Source: an uncultured Methanolobus sp. (GTDB lineage: Archaea > Halobacteriota > Methanosarcinia > Methanosarcinales > Methanosarcinaceae). Taken from it: a stretch of 64,000 nt of DNA. Below are positions 21,628-32,360 of the stretch, piece after piece. The notes under the pieces are model-generated. The model saw only the letters and a list, made by a program, of their open reading frames with translations, was not told the origin of the DNA and made no database searches. The translations under genes and the position numbers were made by a program. The stretch's first letter is position 1; every line of letters begins with the position of its first letter. The stretch lies in NCBI GenBank assembly GCA_963675495.1, contig OY776215.1, positions 768,001 through 832,000 on the forward strand, read 5' to 3'.

Positions 21628-21666
21628 ATCATACTCATGCAGGAGTTAGAATCCCTTCTCCCGCAC
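21628..21666 (+). repeat. 3' remnant of a tRNA-Leu (att-like or decayed tandem copy)
   Basis: GCAGGAGTT-AGAATCCCTT-CTCCCGCAC matches a variable arm/T arm/acceptor with about 8 nt deleted. Confidence 0.55.
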
Positions 21667-21687
21667 ACACATCAAAGGTGATCTTTT

Positions 21688-22527
21688 TTGTCAAATCCAA
21701 TAGAACGTGATACCGTTGTATCAGCCATTGTTGATATTTTAAGAGAGGCAGAGACCGTGCTGCCACAGGACGTTGTAGATTCGCTTCAGAAGGCTGCATC
21801 GGAAGAAACATCCCCTGTTGCAAAGGAGCAACTTGAAGCTATCCTTAAGAATATAGAGATAGCGAGAACCAGAGGAGTTCCCATGTGTCAGGACACAGGC
21901 ATACTCATCTTTTTTGTAGAACTTGGACGCAAAGCCTTGTTTGATTTCAGTCTGGAAGACGCCATACTCGAAGGTGCGAAGAAAGCAACCGAATCAATTC
22001 CACTGCGCCCGAATGCTGTAGACCCGATAACTCGTGGAAATAGCGGAGATAACAGCGGAATGGGTATCCCTGATATAAAATACGAACTGGTTGAAGGAGA
22101 CAGCATCAAAATCACTGTTGCCCCAAAGGGGGCAGGTTCTGAGAATATGAGTGCTATCAAAATGCTCAATCCAACTGAAAAGGACAGGATACGCAATTTT
22201 GTCCTTGAGACTGTGCTAAACGCAGGTGGCAAACCATGTCCCCCAATAATCGTTGGCGTAGGTATTGGCGGCTCCTTTGACAAATCTGCAAGGCTTGCAA
22301 AATCCGCCCTGCTTAGAAATGTTGACGACATGGATGAAGAAGAGCGAAGTTTGCTTGAGGACATCAACTCCCTTGGGATCGGACCCATGGGACTTGGTGG
22401 AAAGACAACAGCCCTCGCAGTACACATGAAAAAAGCTCATTGTCATACAGCATCCCTGCCTGTGGCTGTGAATATCCAATGCTGGGCCAATCGCCATGCT
22501 TCAGTCACCCTGGGCGGTGATGAGTAA
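21688..22527 (+). CDS. Fumarate hydratase/tartrate dehydratase class I alpha subunit
   Basis: PMCQDTG, KGAGSEN, GGKPCPP and CWANR motifs. Confidence 0.93.
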   Translation: MSNPIERDTVVSAIVDILREAETVLPQDVVDSLQKAASEETSPVAKEQLEAILKNIEIARTRGVPMCQDTGILIFFVELGRKALFDFSLEDAILEGAKKATESIPLRPNAVDPITRGNSGDNSGMGIPDIKYELVEGDSIKITVAPKGAGSENMSAIKMLNPTEKDRIRNFVLETVLNAGGKPCPPIIVGVGIGGSFDKSARLAKSALLRNVDDMDEEERSLLEDINSLGIGPMGLGGKTTALAVHMKKAHCHTASLPVAVNIQCWANRHASVTLGGDE

Positions 22528-23102
22528 TGGAATACAAACTTACCACACCATTGAAAAAAGAAGATATCAGCCAGCTCAATGCCGGTGATGTTGTTTACCT
22601 GAGCGGGACCATATTTACAGCCAGGGATGAAGCTCATGCCAGAGTCCTGGAAATGGCAGAAGAAAAAAAAGCGCTGCCTTTTGACCTTGAAGGTGCTGTG
22701 ATCTATCACTGCGGACCCCTCATGAAAGAAAATGAAGATAACTGGGAAGTCGTTGCTGCTGGGCCCACCACAAGTGCCCGCATGTCAAAGATGACACCAA
22801 AACTCCTCGATATACATGAAGTTCGTGCCTTTGTGGGAAAAGGCGGAATGGACAACGTAAAAGAAGCCATGGAGAACAAGGCTGTCTATCTTGCTTTCAC
22901 AGGCGGATGTGCGGCATTGGCCGCCATTAGCATCGAAAAAGTAATCAAGGTCCATTGGCTGGACTTAGGGATGCCGGAAGCTGTATGGGAACTACATGTA
23001 GAGGATTTCGGACCTCTGGTTGTTGGGATAGACTCACACAACAATGACATGTTCCTGGAAATTAGTAAAAAAGCAAAGGCGGCTTATTCTAAAATTGAAT
23101 AA
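22527..23102 (+). CDS. Fumarate hydratase class I beta subunit
   Basis: [21 protein letters not shown] and LGMPEA motifs. Confidence 0.93.
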   Translation: MEYKLTTPLKKEDISQLNAGDVVYLSGTIFTARDEAHARVLEMAEEKKALPFDLEGAVIYHCGPLMKENEDNWEVVAAGPTTSARMSKMTPKLLDIHEVRAFVGKGGMDNVKEAMENKAVYLAFTGGCAALAAISIEKVIKVHWLDLGMPEAVWELHVEDFGPLVVGIDSHNNDMFLEISKKAKAAYSKIE

Positions 23103-23120
23103 GCCATACTATTTTTATTT

Positions 23121-24110
23121 TCAGATCAGGAAAGTGAACACGAACCATGCTATCAGTGTCAATATGATAGAGTGTTTTAAACCAAGTGACACTGAACCTT
23201 CTCCCATCTGTCCTGCCACCAGTCCGCTCATGAAGCCCTGAATGACAGATGCATGTAACATCAGACGGGTGTACGCTGCCGGATCAAAAGCTCCAACGAA
23301 AGTGCTTCCTGCACCGGCTGCGGATGCAGCTTTGCCCGCTTCTGCCATAGTTGGTACGAATGTAGCAGTAAGCATGGCTATTACAAAAATGAAAACGAAG
23401 AATGACATGTAAGTGATGACCACGTACACCATCATGTTACCGCGTCTTTCACGCTCAAGCATTTTAACTTCCTTTGCATCACGGGCAGCAGCTTCAAGAA
23501 CTGAAGACACACGACCTCCAGCCGTGCTTGCCTGAGTGATAAGGGAGACTGACCTTACAATGATAGGAGTTGATATCCTTACTGCGAAACTTCTTAGTGA
23601 ATCTTCGAAAGATACACCCCAGGACATTGCAGAATCCATGCCCTGAACCTCCTTGGTCAGAGCACCATATTCACCCTTGGCAATTGTATTGACAGCATTT
23701 GGAAGAGTTAATCCTGCCCTGCTCATTTCAGATACATCCCTCAGAAATGTGGGAAGGTACTCCTCAATTGTGCTGGTCCTTTTGTATTTTTTATGAAAGG
23801 CAATGGAAGGAGGTGTTATTGCTATGAGAACTGTGAAAATGATAACGTCATCTATTATTGGCGTCCCCCAGGTAGCGGCCATTCCAATTGCAAAAAATAC
23901 CACAGCGATGGGGATACTCATGACAAATGTATATTCAGGATTAATGCTAAGTGTTTTGAGAGGATCCTTGAAGAAGTCTTTTACAAGCACATTTCTTGTT
24001 GCTTCTTCCATCTTTTCATCTATAAGACCATCTTCAAGTATGGATAGTTCTTCCTCTGTAAGCAATTCTTTAGAACCCAATTTCCGTTGGAAACTATCAA
24101 GTATTTTCAT
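23121..24110 (-). CDS. Type II/IV secretion F family (TadC/ArlJ-like) membrane platform protein
   Basis: LPTFLRDVSEMSRAG and EYGALTKE motifs, TM helices; start MKILD at 24110. Confidence 0.88.
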   Translation of the reverse strand: MKILDSFQRKLGSKELLTEEELSILEDGLIDEKMEEATRNVLVKDFFKDPLKTLSINPEYTFVMSIPIAVVFFAIGMAATWGTPIIDDVIIFTVLIAITPPSIAFHKKYKRTSTIEEYLPTFLRDVSEMSRAGLTLPNAVNTIAKGEYGALTKEVQGMDSAMSWGVSFEDSLRSFAVRISTPIIVRSVSLITQASTAGGRVSSVLEAAARDAKEVKMLERERRGNMMVYVVITYMSFFVFIFVIAMLTATFVPTMAEAGKAASAAGAGSTFVGAFDPAAYTRLMLHASVIQGFMSGLVAGQMGEGSVSLGLKHSIILTLIAWFVFTFLI

Positions 24111-24111
24111 T

Positions 24112-25035
24112 TTATGCCTCCGGAGTAAGCATACTGATAACCACAACGTACATTATGCTGCCAATTGGTATCAATGCGTAAATTATGAGATAAAGGTAGA
24201 TCATCTGTGCATTTCCCATAATAGACATGATGGATATGACCACCACAAGGAAAAGCGGACCTGCAACAAAAGCCGTTACATAGGTCTCACCCATAAGACC
24301 CAATGTCTCAAGGAATTCTTTCTGACTCTGGCGGTTTTCCATGATATACTGATCTGTCTTTATACGGAAATATGACTCCAATTGACCTCCTGAAGTCACA
24401 ACCGTAATTGCACCCTGCAGGAAGTCCTGCAACGCATTGGATGGAGTTGTGACTGCAAGATTCTTCATCGCACTAACCAGGTCATGACCAAGGATCTCAA
24501 GATCACGTACCAGATAGCGGCATTCAACAGACATCTCGCCATAGATATCATTAGTTGCAAGTGATCTGAAAAGATCAACGGGAAGTACACCTGCACCCGA
24601 CATTGCTGACATATAGTTCACAGCATACGGAAGCATGCTGTCAATCCTTCTTTTACGGTCGCCTGCCATTAAGGAAGGATATATCTGGAACAATTTGTAA
24701 ACAATTATAAACACTGTAGCAGTGAAAATTGCCCCAAATACCAGTCCAAGTACAACAGACTTATATTGCAGAAATGGTGCAACCCATCCGGGAAACATAA
24801 TTCGTGTAGCCTTTATTTCGGGAACTCCAAATACCAGCAAAAGTAAAGAAACACCAATAAGAGAGAGAAATGCACTAATTATAGAACTCAATAGTGCACA
24901 GGACATGTAGACATCATAAGCCATATCCATCCTGTTTCGCAGAAGGCTATGACGAAGGCCAAAGAAATCAAGTCTTTTCTTTTCGTAGTATTTGCCGAAA
25001 AGATTGTAAGCCAAAACCGAATATAAATTAACCAT
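24112..25035 (-). CDS. Type II/IV secretion F family membrane protein
   Basis: IDSMLPYAVNYMSAMS and FLETLGLMGETY motifs. Confidence 0.88.
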   Translation of the reverse strand: MVNLYSVLAYNLFGKYYEKKRLDFFGLRHSLLRNRMDMAYDVYMSCALLSSIISAFLSLIGVSLLLLVFGVPEIKATRIMFPGWVAPFLQYKSVVLGLVFGAIFTATVFIIVYKLFQIYPSLMAGDRKRRIDSMLPYAVNYMSAMSGAGVLPVDLFRSLATNDIYGEMSVECRYLVRDLEILGHDLVSAMKNLAVTTPSNALQDFLQGAITVVTSGGQLESYFRIKTDQYIMENRQSQKEFLETLGLMGETYVTAFVAGPLFLVVVISIMSIMGNAQMIYLYLIIYALIPIGSIMYVVVISMLTPEA

Positions 25036-27139
25036 CCAATTCCTGCCTTACGATTTTCATTATCATTTCCGGCTCACGGTTATAAGCTACCACTATCTTG
25101 GCAAAATCCTTGAAGTTTGAGATCTTTTTATTGCGTGCCCATTCCAGGATGTTTTGCCGTTGTTTTAACTCATCACGAACCTTTTCTTCAGTCCAACCCC
25201 GGCTTTCCATTACACCTTCGACAACATACGATCTGCCAGAATATTGGAACATATCTCTTGCAGCATCCCAGACAAAAACATCATTTGTGAGAAGTTCACC
25301 TGTTCGGGGGTCCACACCTACGATCTCTGTAAGTGATTTACAACGCCTTACACGTTCACCGCCAACCTTGACCTGTACCTGAATTGCCACAAGATCAAGA
25401 GCCTGTATCATAATCCTTGGCACGTTGATAGGAGGATTCTCCAGCCTGTGTACCACAGATTGTACAGAGTCAGCATGCATTGTTGAGAATGTAGTGTGAC
25501 CTGTGGACATTGCCTGGAAAAGTACATATGCTTCAGCACCTCGAACCTCACCCACAATAATATATTCAGGTCTCTGTCTCAAAGACGCCCTTAGAAGCTC
25601 ATACATCTCAATGGAACCTTTGTCCTCACCGGAAAATGCCTGTCTGGTAACTCCGGGAATCCAGTTCGGATGTGAGAGATTCAACTCCCTTGTATCCTCA
25701 ATGGAAACTATTTTCATTTCCGGCTGGATGAAAAGTGAAACTGCATTCATTGCAGTGGTCTTACCGGATGCCGTTCCTCCGGCAAATATCAGACTTTTAT
25801 TTGACTCTACAGACAACCACAGGTAAGCCATCATTGCAGTTGAAAATGTGTGGAAATCAACAAGATTTGTAGGACTTATCGGATTGTCTTTGAATCGCCT
25901 TATGGTGAAAGTACTACCACGGGTAGTGATCTCCCTGCCCAGCGTCATCTGGATACGTGAACCATCAGGCATAGTAGCATCAAGTATTGGTCTTGCGATC
26001 GATATATGCCTGCCACATATCTGAGCGATCCTGATAGCAAAAGAATCCAGCACCACATCTGAAGGGAACTCTATGTTTGATGGTATTGAATTGTACTCCT
26101 TGTGATAAATGTAGATAGGAGTATTCGGACCATCACAGGAAATATCTTCCAGGTACTCATCCCTCATCAGTACATCGATCTCACCATAACCTACGAAGTC
26201 ACGAATAATATGATAGATTATCCTCTCTCTTTTTCGTGGTGAGATATTTATACGATATTCCTGCAGATATTTTACAACGTTTTCTTTAAGAAATCCCTCT
26301 GCATTCTTTCGGGATATCTCTTTTAGATTTACATCAAGGGTTTCAACGAACTTCAGTTTGATAGCTTCCAGGAGTTCCTGCTCTTTTTCAGTCAGAACCG
26401 CCTCGATAGCCTGGTATTGATACTCATGAGATTCAGGGTCATATGCAATCCTTACATACCCATACAGAGGATTTACCTCGTATAGCTCTACTTCCTTGAA
26501 AGGACTGTCAGCAGGAATCGTGAGATCTACTATGGGCCCATGTTCTACGATATTATAAGGCTCCATTAAAAGAGTGTTACGAGAAAATAGTTTAGTGGCA
26601 CGATCCAGCAGTGAACCGGTTTCTTCATCGTCTAAAAATAATTCTTCATCTATGGGCTCTTCTTTGTAGATCTCTGAAATGATATTTTTCCAGAATGAAT
26701 CCTTGTCATAAGGAACATCATCTTCATAAGAAGGAATATAAAAATCTTCAAGCTTGCTTTTCAGACTATCTATACTCACAGGCTCTGAATCCGGCAAGAT
26801 CAGTTCTGCAAGTTCATCGATAACATCATCCTCATCCGCAGACATCAAAGCCACTAAAAGATCTTCTTCATCATCTGTGTCTTCAATATCCTGATGTTCT
26901 ATTTCGTCCTCTGCAATAGGCACATCATTTTCTTCAATGAGATGCTTCGCAGGAAATACTTGATCCATGTCTTCAAATGCGGCTTCAGCTGAGACTTTAG
27001 AGTTTAATAAAGAGTCTTCTTTTCTTTCAGAAGCAGATTCAGAATATTCAACCCTCATCGCCTCAATTGGAAGACCGCTTGTATCGTCCTTGTCTTCAGT
27101 TTGGTCACCTGAAATATTACTCAATATTACCAACCCCAA
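25028..27139 (-). CDS. Type II/IV secretion (pilus assembly) ATPase with acidic N-terminal extension
   Basis: Walker A GGTASGKT, IEDTRE, RQRPEYIIVGEVRG and STMHA motifs. Confidence 0.93.
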   Translation of the reverse strand: MGLVILSNISGDQTEDKDDTSGLPIEAMRVEYSESASERKEDSLLNSKVSAEAAFEDMDQVFPAKHLIEENDVPIAEDEIEHQDIEDTDDEEDLLVALMSADEDDVIDELAELILPDSEPVSIDSLKSKLEDFYIPSYEDDVPYDKDSFWKNIISEIYKEEPIDEELFLDDEETGSLLDRATKLFSRNTLLMEPYNIVEHGPIVDLTIPADSPFKEVELYEVNPLYGYVRIAYDPESHEYQYQAIEAVLTEKEQELLEAIKLKFVETLDVNLKEISRKNAEGFLKENVVKYLQEYRINISPRKRERIIYHIIRDFVGYGEIDVLMRDEYLEDISCDGPNTPIYIYHKEYNSIPSNIEFPSDVVLDSFAIRIAQICGRHISIARPILDATMPDGSRIQMTLGREITTRGSTFTIRRFKDNPISPTNLVDFHTFSTAMMAYLWLSVESNKSLIFAGGTASGKTTAMNAVSLFIQPEMKIVSIEDTRELNLSHPNWIPGVTRQAFSGEDKGSIEMYELLRASLRQRPEYIIVGEVRGAEAYVLFQAMSTGHTTFSTMHADSVQSVVHRLENPPINVPRIMIQALDLVAIQVQVKVGGERVRRCKSLTEIVGVDPRTGELLTNDVFVWDAARDMFQYSGRSYVVEGVMESRGWTEEKVRDELKQRQNILEWARNKKISNFKDFAKIVVAYNREPEMIMKIVRQELDG

Positions 27140-27209
27140 TACTACTGGCCATTTTATTATCTTCCAAATTGATTTTTTAAGGCATTTTTGTCTTCAATTA
27201 ATCGAAAAC

Positions 27210-28004
27210 TCATTTCTTATTTTTTGACAATGAGAATCTCTTGCCCTTCTTTTTCTTTTCCTTAACTTCTTTTGAAATATCCTCGACCGAAGATTTTATG
27301 CCTGCGATCTCTGCTGCCTGCCGGTTGAAACCAACAGCTGCTGGTGAACCAGGGTATTTCATAACAACTGGTGCTTTAAAAGCCAGAGAATTCTTCACGC
27401 TATTCTCTTCAACTATTGTTTCCAGTATCCTGAGGCCGAGGCTAGTTTCTATCCTTTCATTGCTCAATTCATTTTGAGTGACGCCCGACCTGTTAATGAT
27501 GACTCCACGGAACTGTTTTCCCATGTTGTCAGAAATTGTTTTTATTTTCATTGCACCTGCAAGAGAGATGATATCAGGGTTTACGACCTGAATGATCTCA
27601 TCTGCAAGTGATATGGACAAAATTGAATTTTTGTTGATACCAGTTGGAGAATCAATGATAATGTAATCATACTTTTCTTTCACATCATTTACGATCTCAC
27701 TGATAACATCAGTATTTGAATTTAGAAAACTATGAAGAGAAATGCTCCCTGGTAAGACCCGCAGATTATTAGGCCCGTCATATATTGCGTCTTTTAACTC
27801 CGCAGTCCCAGCAAGAACATCATGAAGACTTGCTTTTGAAGCTTCGATTCCCAACATCAGCCCAATCGTGGGCATTCCAATGTCAGTATCTATTAATAGA
27901 GTATTTTTTGCGAATCCTGCAAGTGCAGCACTGAGATTTATAGCAGCTGTAGTTGTGCCAACACCACCCTTCCCTGAAACAATAGTAAAAATTGTTGCTG
28001 TCAT
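27210..28004 (-). CDS. MinD/ParA family ATPase
   Basis: SGKGGVGTTT deviant P-loop, IIIDSP. Confidence 0.88.
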   Translation of the reverse strand: MTATIFTIVSGKGGVGTTTAAINLSAALAGFAKNTLLIDTDIGMPTIGLMLGIEASKASLHDVLAGTAELKDAIYDGPNNLRVLPGSISLHSFLNSNTDVISEIVNDVKEKYDYIIIDSPTGINKNSILSISLADEIIQVVNPDIISLAGAMKIKTISDNMGKQFRGVIINRSGVTQNELSNERIETSLGLRILETIVEENSVKNSLAFKAPVVMKYPGSPAAVGFNRQAAEIAGIKSSVEDISKEVKEKKKKGKRFSLSKNKK

Positions 28005-28190
28005 AAAATGCCTCGATTGATGATTACAATATGAAGTGTTCCCTTTTCATTTGATGATCCGGTAATTAGTCTCACATAAGTATATTCAAGACTTAATACA
28101 ACTTATAAATATAAATACATATCTATATTATTTGGTGTTTGATATAGATAAACGAATTATTGATATACGATCAGACAGCATCATACACAT

Positions 28191-28712
28191 ATGGCACCTG
28201 ATGACGAAAAAGACATTAAGCTTTTTTTATATCATGCAAAACAATGTGACCCAAAAAAATGCACCGGTAAGAAAATGGCAAAATTCGGACTTGTGAACCT
28301 TTCTGAGAAAATAGAAAGGATACCTTCAAGGTCCATATTGCTTGACCCCATGGCTGAAAAAGCTCTTTCCCCCGGGGACAGTACTAAAAAAGGTATAACT
28401 GTTCTTGATTGTTCATGGGAAGAGGTTGAAAGGGTATTCCCACAACTATTAAGAATGAGACTAGAACACCGTGCACTCCCATACCTTGTGGCCGCAAATC
28501 CTGTGAATTTTGGCCGGCCTTTCAAACTCACATCCGTAGAAGCATTTGCTGCTGCACTATACATACTTGGAAATAAACAGCAGGCAGAGAAAGTCATGTC
28601 CAAGTTCAACTGGGGCCACACTTTTCTCGAACTCAACCACGAACCTCTGGAAGAATACTCAGAAGCCAAAGATAGCAAGGATATTTTAAGGATACAAAGT
28701 GAATATATGTAA
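28191..28712 (+). CDS. tsr3: 16S rRNA aminocarboxypropyltransferase (DUF367)
   Basis: [26 protein letters not shown] and [11 protein letters not shown] motifs. Confidence 0.93.
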   Translation: MAPDDEKDIKLFLYHAKQCDPKKCTGKKMAKFGLVNLSEKIERIPSRSILLDPMAEKALSPGDSTKKGITVLDCSWEEVERVFPQLLRMRLEHRALPYLVAANPVNFGRPFKLTSVEAFAAALYILGNKQQAEKVMSKFNWGHTFLELNHEPLEEYSEAKDSKDILRIQSEYM

Positions 28713-28748
28713 ATTCACGAGTGTATTAATAAAAGGATGTAACAAAAA

Positions 28749-29198
28749 ATGATACAAATAGGAGTCATTGGTGCCGGCTCATGTGATGATGCCCTGAGAA
28801 CAACAGCCGAAGAAGTCGGAATTGAAATTGCAAGAAACAATGCAATACTACTTTGTGGCGGACATGGCGGAGTAATGGAAGCATCAGCATCTGGTGCTAA
28901 AAGAGAAGGTGGGACTACTATTGGCATTCTCCCCGGAGACAGTCGCGTAACTGCGAATGCTTACATTGACATCGCAATCGTGACTGGTATGGGACATGCA
29001 AGAAATGTAGTAATAGCACGATCTGCCGATGTATTGATAGCCGTTGGAGGAGAGTATGGTACACTCTCCGAGATAGCGCATTCGCTTAAAATGGGGAAAA
29101 CTGTGATCACGCTTGAATCTAAATGGGAAATAGAAGGTACTGTTAAAGCAAAAGATGCTAAAGATGCCGTCAGGATGGCAATTGACAGCATCAAATAA
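28749..29198 (+). CDS. LOG family protein (TIGR00725-like)
   Basis: GGHGGVMEA, ARNVV and GGEYGTLSE motifs. Confidence 0.88.
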   Translation: MIQIGVIGAGSCDDALRTTAEEVGIEIARNNAILLCGGHGGVMEASASGAKREGGTTIGILPGDSRVTANAYIDIAIVTGMGHARNVVIARSADVLIAVGGEYGTLSEIAHSLKMGKTVITLESKWEIEGTVKAKDAKDAVRMAIDSIK

Positions 29199-29244
29199 GG
29201 GATTTTCTTATTAGATCCGGAATAAATCAAATTATAGTCTTATG

Positions 29245-30018
29245 TTATAACTCGAGGTCAACACCTATAGGACAATGATCAGAACCCATAACATCAGGCA
29301 AAATGAATGCGTCTTTTATCTGATCTTTGATGTTTTCACTTGCAAAGAAGTAATCAATTCTCCAACCAACGTTTCTTTCTCTTGCCCTTGTCCGCATGCT
29401 CCACCAGGTATAATTATCTGGCTCAGTATTATACATCCTCAGAGTGTCCACATAACCCTTCTCCAGGAGTTTATCGATCCAGGCACGCTCTGACGGCAAG
29501 AAACCTGAGACCTTCTCGTTGTCTTTTGGACGGGCCAGGTCAATCTCCTTGTGGGCAGTATTAACATCGCCACATATTATGAGTTTCTTACCTCTGGATT
29601 TGAGCATATTGGCATATTCAAGAAAAGCATCATAGAACTCCATTTTATAGGCAAGTCTTTCAGCAGATGCTTTGCCATTAGGGAAATATATGTTGAAGAG
29701 AACGAACTCACCGTAATCAGCGATCTGGACGCGACCCTCACTATCAAATTTCTCTATACCAAATCCACATTTGATGTCAATTGGTTCTTTTTTAGTGTAG
29801 AGTGCCACTCCACTGTAACCTTTTTTCTCGGCAGAAGCAAAATAATTATAGTAGCCATCGATTTCAAGCATCTCGGAGGGAAGTTGTTCCCGGCGGGCTT
29901 TTGTTTCCTGAATACAGAGTATATCAGGTTTTTCTTCATTGAACCAGTCAAGAAAACCTTTTTTGTGAACTGCCCTGATGCCATTAACATTCCATGAAAT
30001 TATCCTGGTATTGGTCAT
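29245..30018 (-). CDS. xth: Exodeoxyribonuclease III / AP endonuclease
   Basis: [26 protein letters not shown] and SDHCP motifs. Confidence 0.96.
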   Translation of the reverse strand: MTNTRIISWNVNGIRAVHKKGFLDWFNEEKPDILCIQETKARREQLPSEMLEIDGYYNYFASAEKKGYSGVALYTKKEPIDIKCGFGIEKFDSEGRVQIADYGEFVLFNIYFPNGKASAERLAYKMEFYDAFLEYANMLKSRGKKLIICGDVNTAHKEIDLARPKDNEKVSGFLPSERAWIDKLLEKGYVDTLRMYNTEPDNYTWWSMRTRARERNVGWRIDYFFASENIKDQIKDAFILPDVMGSDHCPIGVDLEL

Positions 30019-30162
30019 TTTGTGTCTCCGGAATTCTTGTTGACTATTTGATAACTTATCTATTAAGTATCTTGCTTAATAGATTGCTTTTTTCTTGTCC
30101 CAGTGATTTTTCATTTTAACATCTGAACAAAACAATATATAGTTCTAAATAGGTCTCAATAC

Positions 30163-30202
30163 TAAACAAGAATAATGTTTAAATAATAATAATTCTTATT
30201 TA
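30163..30202. promoter_or_regulatory. Fur/PerR-type palindromic operator
   Basis: TAAATAATAAT-A-ATTCTTATTTA (30180-30202, 10/11 inverted match) with an upstream half site TAAACAAGAAT, in front of the Fur-family gene. Confidence 0.55.
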
Positions 30203-30259
30203 GGATGTGTTCTTACATGGATTGTGTTAGAGCAGGAAAAACAAAAAAGTGGGACCAAA

Positions 30260-30655
30260 ATGAAAAAAGCAGACATCAAGTACACAAACCAGCGAATCGA
30301 GATATTGGATTTTCTCAAAGAATTTGATGGTCATCCTACTGTCGATGATGTCTATGAGGGAGTAAGACAAAAACTAACGCGGATCAGCAAAGCTACAGTT
30401 TACAATAATCTAAAATTCTTGGCTGAAAAGGGCCTGATCAAGGAGGTGAACATTAAGGGGGTTTCGAGGTTTGAATCCAATCTGGTACCTCACCACCACA
30501 AAATATGCATAGAGTGCGGAGAAATAACAGACTACGAATCGGAAGAACTTAGCGATTACGCTATGATCATAGCAAAAAAAATAGATGACTTTAAAGTAGA
30601 ATCAGCAGAAACTAACTTTTACGGAATATGCAAGAAATGTATGGAGATGGAGTAA
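30260..30655 (+). CDS. Fur/PerR family regulator
   Basis: HPTVDDVY, ISKATVYNNL, HHH.ICIEC and C-terminal CKKC. Confidence 0.92.
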   Translation: MKKADIKYTNQRIEILDFLKEFDGHPTVDDVYEGVRQKLTRISKATVYNNLKFLAEKGLIKEVNIKGVSRFESNLVPHHHKICIECGEITDYESEELSDYAMIIAKKIDDFKVESAETNFYGICKKCMEME

Positions 30656-30656
30656 T

Positions 30657-31331
30657 ATGGAAGAAGAAATAGTGACAATGCCACTTATAGGCGATGATGC
30701 ACCGTCATTTAAAGCAAAAACAACAATGGGAGAAATCAATTTTCCAAAAGACTACAAGGGAAAATGGGTAATCCTTTTCAGTCATCCTGCTGATTTTACC
30801 CCAGTGTGTACAACTGAGTTCATGACCTTTGCAACGATGCAGGAAGAATTCAGAGAATTAAATACAGAACTTATCGGACTTTCTATTGACAGTATATATG
30901 CACACATTGCATGGCTGCGGACCATCAAAGAAAAGATCGTGTACAAGGGAATGAAAGATATTGAAGTTAATTTCCCTGTCATTGAAGATCTTAAGATGGA
31001 TGTTGCAAAGAAGTTTGGAATGGTGCAGCCAAATGCATCAGACACCCAGGCAGTAAGAGCAGTGTTCATGATGGATCCAAAAGCAAAGGTAAGGGCAATA
31101 CTGTACTACCCACTTTCTAATGGTAGGAATATGGATGAGATCAAAAGGATCATTCTTGCAATGCAGAAATCCGATGCAGAAAATATCGCAACCCCTGCAA
31201 ACTGGCAGCCAGGCGATGATGTGATCATTCCACCACCAGGATCATGCGGAACTGCAAAGGAAAGAGTCGAGACCGAAGAAGAAGGTAAGTACTGCCTTGA
31301 CTGGTTCATGTGCCTAAGGAAACAGTCTTAA
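30657..31331 (+). CDS. Peroxiredoxin (archaeal Prx6 type)
   Basis: SHPADFTPVCTTE and TPANW motifs, C-terminal CLDWFMC. Confidence 0.95.
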   Translation: MEEEIVTMPLIGDDAPSFKAKTTMGEINFPKDYKGKWVILFSHPADFTPVCTTEFMTFATMQEEFRELNTELIGLSIDSIYAHIAWLRTIKEKIVYKGMKDIEVNFPVIEDLKMDVAKKFGMVQPNASDTQAVRAVFMMDPKAKVRAILYYPLSNGRNMDEIKRIILAMQKSDAENIATPANWQPGDDVIIPPPGSCGTAKERVETEEEGKYCLDWFMCLRKQS

Positions 31332-31366
31332 ATAGATTAGCAAACTAATACATAGAGGTGACCATT

Positions 31367-31870
31367 ATGGGAACAAAAGGCGTGGAAATTTTAGAGAATT
31401 TAGGACTGGACATAGCAGACCTGATAGAATCATTAAACAAAGCACTGGCCGATGAATGGCTTGCATACTACCAGTATTGGGTAGGATCAAAGATCGTCAA
31501 AGGCCCTATGAGAGAAGCTGCTGCTGCAGAACTCATAGAACATGCAACTGATGAGCTCAGGCACGCAGATATGCTTTCCAGCAGAATCTTGCAACTTGGA
31601 GGAACACCTGTACTCGCTCCGGAAGAATGGATGAAAATAGGTAACTGCGGATACGAATCACCTGAAGATCCATTTGTAAAAAGAATCCTGGAACAGAACA
31701 TAAAAGGAGAACAATGTGCAATTCAGGTCTATAATTCAATACTTGCTAAAGTAAAAGATAAAGACCCTGTCACATACGAAATAGTTCTTCAGATCCTCAC
31801 CGACGAGATCGAGCATGAGGACGACCTTCAGGCCGTTCTTGAGGATATTGAACTTATCCAGAAAGAATAA
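31367..31870 (+). CDS. DPS-like/bacterioferritin ferritin-fold protein
   Basis: DEWLAYYQY, DELRHA, GEQCA and DEIEH di-iron motifs; ATG after GAGGTG. Confidence 0.9.
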   Translation: MGTKGVEILENLGLDIADLIESLNKALADEWLAYYQYWVGSKIVKGPMREAAAAELIEHATDELRHADMLSSRILQLGGTPVLAPEEWMKIGNCGYESPEDPFVKRILEQNIKGEQCAIQVYNSILAKVKDKDPVTYEIVLQILTDEIEHEDDLQAVLEDIELIQKE

Positions 31871-31885
31871 ACTTTCAAAGTAAAC

Positions 31886-31939
31886 AGTTTGCATCCTCCT
31901 GACATGTACCAGATGCCAAGAAGGATGCAACTATTTTTT
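31886..31939 (+). terminator. Hairpin terminator
   Basis: TTGCATCCT...AGGATGCAA inverted repeat followed by a T-run. Confidence 0.55.
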
Positions 31940-32360
31940 GCTTCATTCTATATTCAAATTGTAGCGTGATTTTTTGAATAAAACTCATACTGGCAAGACT
32001 ACATAATTCTAAAGATGAGTTCAAAGAACCCATACTTGATTTGATCGTAATGACATCTCATTTTTCAAACAATAATTGTCGATTTTATCAAATTGGGTAA
32101 CATTAATGAAAATGACCAATTACTGTTTTTCGTAAAATACCGAAGATACTACACGAACTTCCGACCTTGTGCATAACATTTATCTAAAACTGTACTACTT
32201 TGCTTACAAAAATATTGTTTGCGATAGATATATTTAGAAGAATGTTTGTTAGACTAAAGCATGGGGTTTGTGTAAAAATAAACTTTTTTATACGTATCCT
32301 TAATAATCAATATTATGTTTATTATATGATCCATTTATTTGATCGATCACGGAGATAATT

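Noticed and set aside
31940-32360. Long intergenic region before topA as a possible ncRNA or small ORF
   Set aside because: No convincing structure or ORF could be supported by eye.
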